Below are positions 43,287-53,864 of a stretch of DNA of 64,000 nucleotides, piece by piece. Numbering within the stretch: position 1 is the stretch's first letter; the number at the start of each line of letters is the position of its first letter. Position numbers and translations under genes: made by a program. The stretch is from Rebecca billardiae RCC1528 (taxonomy: Eukaryota; Protista; Haptophyta). The stretch is taken from positions 620,001-684,000 of the forward strand of contig OZ251222.1 in assembly GCA_965240325.2 (NCBI GenBank), in the 5' to 3' direction. The notes under the pieces are model-generated. The model saw only the letters and a list, made by a program, of their open reading frames with translations, was not told the DNA's origin and did no database searches.

Positions 43287-43638
43287 AAGGCGGACGACGA
43301 GCGGAGACTCCAGATGGCTTAGCAGGCTTTTCAGAGCGTCCTGCGTCCGTCTTGGCACTGGTCGGCCTGACACGACCGCCGGCGGCGCGAGAGACGGAGA
43401 CAGCAGCTCGTGGAGCGCGGCTACTTCAGTACTGCTAATTGCCTGCTATCTACGAATTCGTAAAGTATAGCATGCCACGTCGTTAAGTATAGCTATGCTA
43501 GCTGCTAGTACACTATTTGTAAATTGAAGCTACGGCGGTATTGTTTTTAAAGGGGAATTGTTCGCGTCGTCATTAATTTAAATCGTTCCTGCGGAATCCT
43601 GGAATCCTGCCGCCTCTGCACGGCTCACCTATCCCAGG

Positions 43639-44163
43639 ATGGCGGACCCATCATGGGTGCCCGAGGATGAGATCGCGTTTGTGGCGAAATCGGACGCGAA
43701 GGACGATCGGGTGAACGACGGGGCGAACTACAAGGGTCTCATGCGACCCTCAGAGTACAAGGCCAAGCGCGAGCAGGTGAAGCAGGGGGAGGAAAAGTGG
43801 AAGGCGCAGCGCTTGAAAGAGGCGTGTGACCGTGATGCGGAGGCGGCGGCGACGGCAGCTAAAGAGGTGCGCCGCGGGGATGGGTCCTGTTTCATGCCAA
43901 CCCTACTCCCATTAGTGCTTGCACACGCCACCGCCATGCTCATGTTCGCTCGCGCCCCGTCTGCGCAGCGCGAAAATCGACTTCAAAAGAAGAAGCTCGA
44001 GCTCCAGCAACAGCTCACCGGTCACGATGCGCGGACTACGACTGCTGCGGCGCCGTCCACGGCTGAAGTCCCGGCCCCATCGGAGCGCAAGGGTAAGAAA
44101 AGGAAGAAGCCGACAGGAGCATCTTCGACGCTCTCTTTTGCTGCGGAAGATGAGGAGGAGTGA
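43639..44163 (+). CDS. Small basic/acidic protein resembling the FAM50/XAP5 N-terminal region, 2 exons
   Basis: KGLMRPSEYKAKRE and KKRKK...TLSFAAEDEEE motifs. In-frame GT-AG intron at 43867-43968. Confidence 0.55.
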   Translation: MADPSWVPEDEIAFVAKSDAKDDRVNDGANYKGLMRPSEYKAKREQVKQGEEKWKAQRLKEACDRDAEAAATAAKEVRRGDGSCFMPTLLPLVLAHATAMLMFARAPSAQRENRLQKKKLELQQQLTGHDARTTTAAAPSTAEVPAPSERKGKKRKKPTGASSTLSFAAEDEEE

Positions 44164-45106
44164 GCAATTCGCGTGCCCGCTTTTCCATGCGCTGCACCGT
44201 GCCTGCGGCATGAATGCTGAGTCTGCTGACTTCCACTTCTTTCTAGTTCTGCTAGCAAATCCAATGGCAGTTCAGATGCTGATAATAAATATTCAGCCGC
44301 CGCATATCGCTCTACACTCGCGGGGCTTCGTCGGGCCGTCGTGGCCGCGCCGACGACACTCCGGGCTCACCGACGGTTCCGCGTCTGTCACCCTAGTCTA
44401 AATGCGGATTGCGGTCATGACACTCGGGCGGGTACGGTCGTCACTGCGGTCTGCGCCTCAGTCTCAGAGCACGCGGGCCGCGCCGGCGCGGAGCGGCGGC
44501 TCATCAGTCGTCGGCGCCAATTCGGCAGCGCCAGCAAGCGGCAGCCGACTGCCGCGCCCGCCACCGCCAGTGACGGTGCGGCAACGCCGCAGTGTGAGTG
44601 AGTGAGTGACGCGGTCGCGGGGCCCCGCCCCCGGCCGCCCGGAGGCGCCGTTGCCGCGGTTGCGGTTCGGGAGTGCCGGACGCTGCTAACTACACTCATT
44701 TTCTACAGTACTCGCCGTAATAAGGCTCACCCTCACTCACTGCGGAGCGCGTCGAGCGACTACTGTAGCTAGCAGTGATGATGCCAGTGGCACGGTTTTA
44801 CCCGCGGTTCGGGCACGCTGAGGCGGGCGGTAGTTGGCGGCGTGACGATCGTCATCAAATCATCATCGCGAGTCAAGTAAGTTATTGAAGTAGCTAGACT
44901 GCTAGTATTTACTAGCTAGCTATAGTAATAACGACATGACGACAGTCGGATTATTAATTCTGATGCTGCCTTATAGATCGTCGCGATATGATGTCATCAC
45001 AATAATATTATGTCGATCACTGCTTTAATAGTCGATGATGACGATGACGATGCGCCGCCTGCTGCTAGGACCAACAGCAGCTCCGACAGTCTTATTAGGC
45101 TTCCAT

Positions 45107-46687
45107 CTAGCTTCCAAGAGGGCCGAGCGGCTGGGGCCGACTGTACTGCGGAGGCAACCGCCGTCGGGCCTCAGTCGAGAGGCGCCCTGGCGGCGGCGAC
45201 CAGGTGCTGCCGCTGCCAGCCGATTCCAGTCGTCCCGCACGGGCTGAAGCCAAGCGCAGCGTGGCTTCATGCGCAAGCGTCGGCATCAGGGCGTGCGGGA
45301 GCGGCGGCAGCCTCCACCGGGTAGCGTACTGGTCCTTGCTGCCGGGCACGTGTCGCGGGTCGGGGTGGTCTCGCAGCTTGAACTGATACTCGTCGATGGC
45401 TGCCCTCCACTGGATCGCAGGCACGTGCACACGAGCCGAATCGTTCCTCGAGGCGGGCCAGATCCGGCCGAGCAGCCGCAGAAGCTGCTCCGCGGGCACC
45501 CGCGCGACGAGCTGGTTGCTGAGATCATCGTACGACCACGGCCGCTTCGCGCCCTTGCTCGTGTCCCTGCGCGGCACAGACCCCTCGACAAACAACGGGA
45601 AGTGGCGCAGGCCCGACTCGAGCGCGCAGACGGTGTAGTAGATCCAGTTCGCCGACATGTCGTTGCGCAGCGCGCCGTGGATCTCGACGACGAACGAGCC
45701 GGGCGCCATCAGCCGGCAGAGGTGCAGGCTGCTGCCGAACAGGCTGATCAGCAGCGCGGTGCGCGCGAACAGCCGAGACTCGTCCGCAAACGAGCCGAGG
45801 TGCTCCACGTCGGCCTCGACAAAGGTGTACGTCGGGTGCGTCGCCGCCGCCCATTCTTCGACCGCGCGCACGAGCGCGGGCTCGTTGTGCAGCCGACGCC
45901 CGTTGCTCCAGTGCTCCGTCCTCACGAAGAGGATGGTGTCAGGCCGGGCCGACGGTTTCACGCCGAGCGCCTTCACCACGTGCTCGCGGAAGCTCGGAGG
46001 CGCGCTTTGCCCCTTGGACTGCATGATGGTTGTGATGAGGTGCACGCGCGCGCGGAGCTCGGCGGGCACGCCGCCGTGCTGCACGCAGCAGCCACGCGCA
46101 CAGAACGGGACCCACGGTGCGCGCTCGACGACCACGCCGAACACGGCTGTGGAGTTGAACCAGCCGGCGATCTCGGCAAACGCGCGCGAGCCCGGCTGCT
46201 CGCCCGCCGGGATGAACACGCGGATGGGTGGGCTCGACACCGCTCTAGCGTGCGCGCGCTCGAGCGCACGTGCACGCAGGAGCGTGTAGTACACCTTGTA
46301 CACCAGGCCGAACATGTGCCCAAAGACGTCGGGCTCGTGGGTCCCTTGCTGGAACGAGAGCGCCACGAGCCGAGCGTCGCCTGCGACTCTTCGGAGCACG
46401 TCGACGGCCTCGTTTGGATGCGTCGCACACGACGCTCGAGCGCTGCCGTTGATTTCGATCACCTCGCTGAGCGGTGTGATGGATGCATAGTCGCTTTCGC
46501 GCACGACTGCGGCGAGCGTCGGGCCGTGGAGTGCCAGCGACCACGGCTGCATGCCGGCTGGATTCGACCAGGCACGCTCGCGCTGGGCGTCGCTCGTCAC
46601 ACGGCACCTGCGCGCGAGGTACAGCGCATGCGCCGATGTGAGCGTCAACAGCCAAAGCACGCTCGCGTTACGACCCTTCCTGGGCAT
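45107..46687 (-). CDS. Divergent glycosyltransferase family 61-like protein
   Basis: N-terminal signal/anchor. ILFVR...RRLHNE and SFADESRLFARTALLISLFGSSLHLCRLMAPGSFVVEI correspond to the GT61 R..NE and HGAGL...PG..V.E motifs. Confidence 0.65.
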   Translation of the reverse strand: MPRKGRNASVLWLLTLTSAHALYLARRCRVTSDAQRERAWSNPAGMQPWSLALHGPTLAAVVRESDYASITPLSEVIEINGSARASCATHPNEAVDVLRRVAGDARLVALSFQQGTHEPDVFGHMFGLVYKVYYTLLRARALERAHARAVSSPPIRVFIPAGEQPGSRAFAEIAGWFNSTAVFGVVVERAPWVPFCARGCCVQHGGVPAELRARVHLITTIMQSKGQSAPPSFREHVVKALGVKPSARPDTILFVRTEHWSNGRRLHNEPALVRAVEEWAAATHPTYTFVEADVEHLGSFADESRLFARTALLISLFGSSLHLCRLMAPGSFVVEIHGALRNDMSANWIYYTVCALESGLRHFPLFVEGSVPRRDTSKGAKRPWSYDDLSNQLVARVPAEQLLRLLGRIWPASRNDSARVHVPAIQWRAAIDEYQFKLRDHPDPRHVPGSKDQYATRWRLPPLPHALMPTLAHEATLRLASARAGRLESAGSGSTWSPPPGRLSTEARRRLPPQYSRPQPLGPLGS

Positions 46688-47677
46688 CCCGGCCCTTGCG
46701 GCGGAGTAGGTTCAGAATCTTGAACATTCGGCACGCGAGCCGACCGCCGCCATGCTTGACAACCGTTCCATTTTCTTAATTTATTTCATCGACGATCCTC
46801 ATCACAATCATATCCATCATCATACAGTCCTACAGTTTACTAAGAATAACAGGCAGGCACTCATTCTATGATCGATTTAACGACACAGGTCTGTAGGACG
46901 GCGCAGGTCTCCTGATTATTCGACGATTCGTCGTCGGCAGTGCCCGATCGTCGACGACACGAAGTCGGCGCTGGTGGCAGAGAATACGTACGGCCTGAAT
47001 AACCGCGATCGAATGGCTTACTTGAGCGCGGCCTTGAGCTGCCACTGGAGCGCGAACCACCTGCGCTGCGCGGCTCGCATGGACCTGCTGTGCCCCGAGC
47101 GAGGGCGAGGGCGCAGGTCCGGATGTCAGACGGCCGTCTCAGCCGCTGGCGGCTGGGCCTTGGCGGGTGGTCCAGCGGTGATGTAGTCGTCCCCGTGAGT
47201 GCCCTGCGCGGCCACGTGCGCGCTTGCCGCTCTGCTCAGCTGGCTTGCTGGCGGCGGCTGTCGCTGCTGCGGCGTGCCGGGTACGCTTTGCCCCGACTGG
47301 CCTCTGCTGCGGCGCATCCTCGTCGTCCGAGTCGCCGTTCATGGATGACGCTGAGTCTCAGTCCGCGTGGGGGGCAGCTGTATCTCGCCTGCCTGCCAGC
47401 TGTGGGCGTCTCTTCTTCTTATTAGTAGTAAACGGTATCACTTTATTATTTTATCATCACAATATGATACTACTACGTAATAATGTTTTGATCACTTGAT
47501 GCTGCGCTGCTCGGGACTGCTGGCGCGATGACAAGCTCGCCCGGTGGTCATCGCTCTGACGCGTTTACCATGCAGTATAGAGCCACCAGTGCCCCGGCCC
47601 AGATCACAGCACGCATGCTCTGCATCGCACGGCGGGCCCTGCGCGCAGCGCGCGGAGCTCCGGCCCTCGGAGGGCAT

Positions 47678-48876
47678 TCAGTGCGCCGGCGCGAGGCGCA
47701 CGACGCGGCCGCCGCCCTGGGGCGGCGCAGAGACGCAGTCGAGGCAGAGGAAGTTGTTGATCGGCGTGTCCTTGCCCGAGATCAGCTTGATCACCTCCTG
47801 CCCGATCAGCCCGCCAAGGATCGCGCACGTGGGCGAGAGCGCCGGGCTGGCGTTCGCGCGAACCACCTCGACGTCCTCCTTCGTCAGCGTCGAAGGCGGC
47901 AGCGCGAGCTGCTCGAGGGTGTGCGCGACCGCAGTGTCCACGGCCTGCTTGCCGTAGTGCGCGCGCTGCGCGGCGAGCACACGCGCGATATCGGCAGGCT
48001 GCTTGACGCTGGTGGCGCCGGCGAGCGCGTTCTGTGGTGCGGCATGCGGCAGGTGGCGAGTTCACGCGCGCACGCGCGCTCAGCCCGCGGCGCCACGCGG
48101 CGCAGCGCGACGCAGGAGGGCGGGCAGCTGGCTGGCGCGCGCGAGCGCGGGCGCGCGGGCGCGCGCACCTCGACTGCGGGATAGGAGATGGACTTGGGCT
48201 GCGTGGTCGAGGTGGACTCACCGTCCGCCAGCTTCTTCGTCGTGGTCTCCGTGTACGCATACTCGCCAAGGTCCAACAGGGCATAGCCGTACAGGCCCGA
48301 AGCCCCCGCGCCGAAGAAGTACACCGGCTTCTTGCCCGCCGTCGCGCCACCGCCGTCCGGCTGTGCATGCGCGCTGGGCTCGGCGACGCGCTGCCGCTTC
48401 GCGCCGGAGGGGCCGTCCGCCTGGGCGGCCGGCGTCGGCGCGGTGCGGGCGGCGCGGGCCGTCATGCCAAGTCGCAGGATGTCCGCAAGCTCGAGCTCCG
48501 TTGCCACCACGACGTCGAACTGCGCCAGGTGATCTGAGCCGAGCGTGCGCACGTCGCGCGGCTCGCTGGCGACCGTGACGGACGGGTTGAGCTCGCGCAG
48601 GAAGGCGAGCGAGGCCTCCGCGCGGTTGCGGCCGACATCAGAGGACGAGAGCAGGAACTGCCCGCCGGTGCCCACGTCGGCCTCCGTCACCGCCTCGTGG
48701 TCCTGCAGCGTGACGTGCCCGACGCCCGAGAGGACGAGGTTCTTGGCGACCTCGGCGGTGAGCCCACCTGCGCCACAGAGGAGCACGCGCGTGCTGCCCA
48801 TGCGCAGCTGCGTCTCCATGCCCCACAGCCGGATCTGCCGGTCATACCGTTTCGTGTCGATCTCGTCCGTCGCCAT
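47678..48876 (-). CDS. SAE1: SUMO-activating enzyme subunit 1 (Aos1), 2 exons
   Basis: YDRQIRLWG, GGLTAEVAKNLVLSGVG, ELNPSV and C-terminal PTCAILGGLIGQEVIKLISGKDTPINNF. Intron at 48032-48168. Confidence 0.9.
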
Positions 48877-49097
48877 CCCGCCGTTGTCGTTCGCGTCGCC
48901 GCGCTGCCTCCCGCTTCGCGCCAAACGCGCTTCCGCCGGTGAGCAGCGGTCGCTCGCGAGCGCGCGGCGCCGGGTGGGCGCGTACGCACGCGAGACGTCC
49001 AGTCCTGCCTCCCGACAGCGGCGCTCGTGGGCATCCGGACTCCAATAGACGACGACACAAGGCAGCATGGGGCTCGAAGCCATGGGATCGGCCGTCA

Positions 49098-50151
49098 GAG
49101 GCCGCTCGAGCGACTTCGTGTCAGGCGAGGCAGATCGCGCCAGTGCGAGGCGAGGCAGACGCTCGCCTGCCTCGCCCAGCAGGCGAGGCAGCTAAGCTAG
49201 TAAAGCCGCGGCCGAACTTTACGAAAGCCAAATGTCTGCCGGTGCGCCGCCCGTCTTTGCGCACGGTGACAAGGGCGCGCGAGGGCGCTTCCTCACGATC
49301 CCGAAGAGCGCTGCGCGCGGCGTCGCGTTGGCGGCGGCAGCGGCGCTGGGGTGTATCTTGCCCATTCTGCTTGGCGGTGCGCGCTCATGACGCCTCGGCC
49401 GCCGCCACGCCATGCGCGACCGGGCGTGTCGCCTTCTTGACGGGCAGTGCACGCGCCCTTGCAAGCGCACAGCCGTGAAGAGCCGAGAGCGTCCGTCGCG
49501 CGCACGCCGCCCACGCGGGATGCTTTGTGTTATCAACGAAGCCACCTTGCCCATGCGCTCCGCCGAGTTCGCCATGCGTTCAGAGCAGTCAAGATCGCTG
49601 AACGAGAGGATGTCATCGGCTGAAATGCAGGTGAGCAGTGGTCATCGTAGTTGCTACCCATGGTCATCATGGCTCGCACATGCCAGAGCGCGATCGCTCA
49701 GTGTCATACGAATAGTCCTGAAACCTCATCCCGCGTGGGCGGCGTGCGCGCGACGGACGCTCTCGGCTCTTCACGGCTGTGCGCTTGCAAGGGCGCGTGC
49801 ACTGCCCGTCAAGAAGGCGACACGCCCGGTCGCGCATGGCGTGGCGGCGGCCGAGGCGTCATGAGCGCGCACCGCCAAGCAGAATGGGCAAGATACACCC
49901 CAGCGCCGCTGCCGCCGCCAACGCGACGCCGCGCGCAGCGCTCTTCGGGATCGTGAGGAAGCGCCCTCGCGCGCCCTTGTCACCGTGCGCAAAGACGGGC
50001 GGCGCACCGGCAGACATTTGGCTTTCGTAAAGTTCGGCCGCGGCTTTACTAGCTTAGCTGCCTCGCCTGCTGGGCGAGGCAGGCGAGCGTCTGCCTCGCC
50101 TCGCACTGGCGCGATCTGCCTCGCCTGACACGAAGTCGCTCGAGTGGCCTC
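49098..50151. mobile_element. Non-autonomous foldback DNA transposon: 425-bp TIRs, 204-bp spacer, 5-bp TSD CGTCA
   Basis: Arms 49098-49522 and 49727-50151 are reverse complements; the only mismatch I saw is 49104/50145. CGTCA lies at 49093-49097 and 50152-50156. GGCGAGGCAG is repeated subterminally. Confidence 0.92.
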
Positions 50152-50176
50152 CGTCATCGCCAGCCCTGCCGGCGGG

Positions 50177-51388
50177 ATGGCGGGCGAGGCCGCGGGATCG
50201 GCCGGCGTCGATGCGCATCGGATGGAGTGGGGAGGGCTGACAGCTTTCGTGGGCGCGCTGCGCGCACGCCGGACGGAGGCGATCGTGGTGCTCACCGCTG
50301 TCACTGCGGCCACAGTTGTCTACTGGCTCCGGCGCACGCGTCGGCTCGGCCTCAGCATCAGCGTTCGGTGCGAGCTGGTGCTCTCGCCGCCAGCGCAGTT
50401 CCCCGATGAGCCAAGCTCGGAGTGGCTCGAGGAGGTGCGCGCCGTGATGGCGTGCCGGCCGATCTACACCAGGATGGAGCGGCTGCTGGGCCGGCGGCCG
50501 CCGTGGGCGCAGCAGAGCGCGGTGATCGTGTTCGAGGACAAGATCAAGTCGTCACACGACGGCGAGCTGATCCCCGTGCGCGTGTTCCTGCCGCGAATGA
50601 TGGAGACCAACGAGCAGGGGCCGATCTGCGTCTTCTTCCACGGCGGCGGCTTTGTCTTCTGTGGGGACGGGTCGCACGACCACATCGGCCGCTACTTGGC
50701 GGCGCGCGGCACTGTGACCGTGATGGTGGACTACCGCCTCGCGCCTGAGCACAAGTACCCGGTGCCGCTGCTCGACTGCCTCGACGCGCTTCGCTGGGCC
50801 TCGCGCTCGGCGTCGGAGCTGGGCTGCGATCCATCCCGGCTCGTCGTTGCGGGCGACAGCGCCGGCGGCAACCTCGCGCTCGGCGCATGCCTCAAGGCCC
50901 GCGACACCGACTACGAGGGGTTTGCAGAGGGCGCGCGCGGCCCGGCCGGCATGCTGCTTGTCTACCCGTCGACGTCGCGCCAGCTCATCTCGCTGCCCGG
51001 CGGCTCGTACGAGAAGTTCGCGCAGGGCCACGGGCTGACGCGCCAGCATGCCGAGTGGATGTGGCGGATGTACACCGGTGTGCCCACCAGCGTCGACCTG
51101 GAACCTGAGCCGTGCCGCTACGCCACGCCGCTCGACGCGCGAGCGCCGCTCTACCTGCTGCCGCCGACGCACATCCTGCTGGCTGATCACGACATCCTGT
51201 ACGACGACGGCGCGCAGCTGGTCGGCCGACTGCGTGCGGCGGGCGTGCACTGCACGGTGGACGAGGTTCGGAACACGCTGCACGGGTCCTTCCATCACCG
51301 CGCCCGCGATCCTCACGCCTGGGAGCTCTTCCTGCACAAGGCCGCAACCTGGGTGGCGTGCGCAACCGCAGTCGCGGCTGAGAACTAG
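50177..51388 (+). CDS. HSL-family (Abhydrolase_3) esterase/lipase; the original start at 49067 is cut off by the transposon
   Basis: HGGGF oxyanion motif, DYRLAPEH, GDSAGGNL, D..YDD and HG. The first in-frame ATG after the element is at 50177. Confidence 0.9.
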   Translation: MAGEAAGSAGVDAHRMEWGGLTAFVGALRARRTEAIVVLTAVTAATVVYWLRRTRRLGLSISVRCELVLSPPAQFPDEPSSEWLEEVRAVMACRPIYTRMERLLGRRPPWAQQSAVIVFEDKIKSSHDGELIPVRVFLPRMMETNEQGPICVFFHGGGFVFCGDGSHDHIGRYLAARGTVTVMVDYRLAPEHKYPVPLLDCLDALRWASRSASELGCDPSRLVVAGDSAGGNLALGACLKARDTDYEGFAEGARGPAGMLLVYPSTSRQLISLPGGSYEKFAQGHGLTRQHAEWMWRMYTGVPTSVDLEPEPCRYATPLDARAPLYLLPPTHILLADHDILYDDGAQLVGRLRAAGVHCTVDEVRNTLHGSFHHRARDPHAWELFLHKAATWVACATAVAAEN

Positions 51389-51777
51389 GCTGCTACCAGG
51401 CGCATGCCGCGGGCCGGGATCAAGGGATCACGCGGTGCGGGCTTGAGCCTTGAGCCTGAGGGCACCTAGCTTGACTGGATGAGTCTGACGAATGAGCGAT
51501 GAGGTTACCCGCGCGGTGACTCGGCGGTGAGGCGCAGTGACTTACTGTACTGACGGGCGGAAGCCTACTGATCTCGCCTGCCTGAGACTATGGTAAGCTC
51601 TTCATTCAGGCAGGCGACGGACAAGCGCGCGCACCCGGAAGCCACTGCATGGGCGGCAGCATTTAATTTTGCCCATGGCCCCATGCGGCGGCTGCCCAAC
51701 GGCCACCGCACCGGCAGGTACGAAACGCAAAGGAAGCACTCGTCCCGACGACGTTCGGGACCGGTCCGCGTCCTCAG

Positions 51778-53436
51778 ATGGCGAGCGCGCTGAGCGACGA
51801 GGTCGAGGCGCAGCTGGCGGAGCGGCGGCCGCTCGAGTCGATCGTGCGCGGGGATCCGGAGCTGCTTGCAACGCTCTACTCGACACGCCCCGAGCTTCGC
51901 GCCGCGGCTGACGCGGTGCCGCTCCAGGCACTGCTGCCCGAGCTCACTAGCATCCCTTCTGCCGGAGCCCCGGCCGCTGACGGCGCCGATGCAGGCGCCC
52001 CGTTCGGGCGCGGGGCAGATGGCAGCTGGGGCTCGGCGTACGCAGCGCTCGCTGAAGTTGTCGAGCGCAGGCAGCAGCAGCTCCTTGCCGACCAGGGCGA
52101 GGGCACGCGCGAGGGGCTGGTGCGCGCAGAGGTGACCGCCTCCGGCCTCGTTGCCGTGGGGCGGCTGTACGCGCGAGTCGAGCTTGTAAAGCAGTTGAAG
52201 AAGCTGACGCTTCCTGGGCACGAGGCGCTGATCGGCTTCGCCGTCACGCACCTGCTCCCTGCCGCCGCACGCGCGCGCAGCGGCGTGCTCGGCGATGCAG
52301 CGTGCAAGCTGGTGGCGTGCTGCAGCTTTGACCGGCTCACAGAGTATGATATTAGCGAGGCCTACTTCGACGTGCGCAAGGCGCGCGCGCTCGACGCGGG
52401 CTGGGTGCCGCCGGCCGACGACGCCGACCTCTATGGCATCGGCTGGGCGCTTTTGGCCGCGCCGAAGCCGTTCTCCGGCCTGCGCGCGCTGATGATCCTC
52501 GCGACAGGCGAGCGCTGGCTCACGGCGCAGGCCGCAGTGGCGCTGCTCGGCACGGCGGCCTGCGCCGCGCCGGACGGCTCGCACAAGGGCCCTGCCTCAG
52601 CCAACCCGCTCCGTGACGGGCTGGCCCGCTGCCTCGCCGAGCCCGAGGCGGGCGAGCTCGCGGGCGTGCTCGGCGCGGTGGTCGCGCTCAGCTTGCTCGG
52701 CGGAAGCGAAGACGGTGGCGGCTTCCTCCGGACCGGACTGGGCGCCGCGGCCATCCGTGGCTGGCGCGACGGCAGCCGGCCGCTCACCTCCGCGCTCTGC
52801 GCCTACCTGCTCGCCGACCTGTGCGAGACGGCCAACGGTGCGGGCTACCGCCCATGGAAGCGCATGAAGTCGGAGGCGGAGATTGAGAGGGCACAGCCGC
52901 CGCCTGCCTTCCAAGACGACCCCGACAGGGTGGCTGGGTGGCGCGCGAAAATGCGCACGCAGCGGCGCTCGGCGCTGCTGATGCAAGAGTCGTACGAGGC
53001 GGGCGTGGCCATCTTCCGCCAGCAGCTCGCCGACGCGGGCCTCGAGCTCCCGCCGGCCCGCCGCCGGCGGCGCGGCGAAGCGGCCGCACCAGCGGCCGCC
53101 GTTGACCGCTCAGCCGGCGACACACGCTTCCCTCCGTCCGAGGACGAAGCCATCGCAGCTGCCTGGGCCGCTCTCCCTCCAGAGCGCGCTGCGCGCATGC
53201 CAGCTGGACAGGGCGACGCGAATGGCAGCTTCTGGGCGCTGCGCACTCAGTTGGAGGGGCTGTTCCAGGCCATCGCAGCTGCCTGGGCCGCTCTCCCTCC
53301 AGAGCGCGCTGCGCGCATGCCAGTTGGGCAGGGCGACGCGAACGACAGCTTCTGGGCGCTGCGCACTGAGTTGGAGGGGCTGTTCCAGGCGGAGATCGAG
53401 GCGGACTATCCGCGCGGCGTCTATCATATCTTCTGA
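51778..53436 (+). CDS. Hypothetical protein (552 aa) with a C-terminal 40-aa tandem duplication
   Basis: Uninterrupted ORF with host-like codon use. No family recognised. Confidence 0.7.
   Translation: MASALSDEVEAQLAERRPLESIVRGDPELLATLYSTRPELRAAADAVPLQALLPELTSIPSAGAPAADGADAGAPFGRGADGSWGSAYAALAEVVERRQQQLLADQGEGTREGLVRAEVTASGLVAVGRLYARVELVKQLKKLTLPGHEALIGFAVTHLLPAAARARSGVLGDAACKLVACCSFDRLTEYDISEAYFDVRKARALDAGWVPPADDADLYGIGWALLAAPKPFSGLRALMILATGERWLTAQAAVALLGTAACAAPDGSHKGPASANPLRDGLARCLAEPEAGELAGVLGAVVALSLLGGSEDGGGFLRTGLGAAAIRGWRDGSRPLTSALCAYLLADLCETANGAGYRPWKRMKSEAEIERAQPPPAFQDDPDRVAGWRAKMRTQRRSALLMQESYEAGVAIFRQQLADAGLELPPARRRRRGEAAAPAAAVDRSAGDTRFPPSEDEAIAAAWAALPPERAARMPAGQGDANGSFWALRTQLEGLFQAIAAAWAALPPERAARMPVGQGDANDSFWALRTELEGLFQAEIEADYPRGVYHIF
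53149..53390 (+). repeat. 120-bp tandem duplication (2 copies, in frame)
   Basis: GCCATCGCAGCTGCCTGG... at 53149 and 53269, with few mismatches. Confidence 0.95.
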
Positions 53437-53526
53437 CGACGTTGGCTTGACCCTGGCACCTCGGCGTCGCACAGGCGCACGCAGTCGCCGCCGGCGCACG
53501 CGATCACTCGTCGGCGATGCCACGAC

Positions 53527-53658
53527 GACGAGCCCGACGACCTGCCTACTGGCTACTTCCCCAAGCTACAGCTACACTCGTGTCTTCACGGAGACGAGCC
53601 CGACGACCTGCCTACTGGCTACTTCCCCAAGCTACAGCTACACTCGTGTCGTCACGGA
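53527..53658. repeat. 66-bp tandem duplication (2 copies)
   Basis: GACGAGCCCGACGACCTGCCTACTGGC... at 53527 and 53593. Confidence 0.95.
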
Positions 53659-53864
53659 ACCGTCTTAGGACATGATGCTGACATTAAATATAGTTATAGT
53701 ATATAGCTAGATCGATACCTAGTGATACATGACGACTTAGTTATAATAATCACTATACGTAGACAGCTGCGGGACACTCGTAGTAATTACACACGACGAT
53801 GCGCTTCGGACGACTAGCGACGCGGATTACTCAGGCTGCGATGATATGCGCGCTCATTAGCTAG

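Noticed and set aside
8080-43968. Stop-free introns with lengths divisible by 3 (114, 123, 168 and 102 nt) as a regulated retention system
   Set aside because: The fraction is no higher than expected by chance, and stop codons are rare in GC-rich introns.
49094-50144. Foldback element removed as an introner-type intron using the GT in the TSD and the AG at 50143-50144
   Set aside because: That splice would join out of frame with the esterase.
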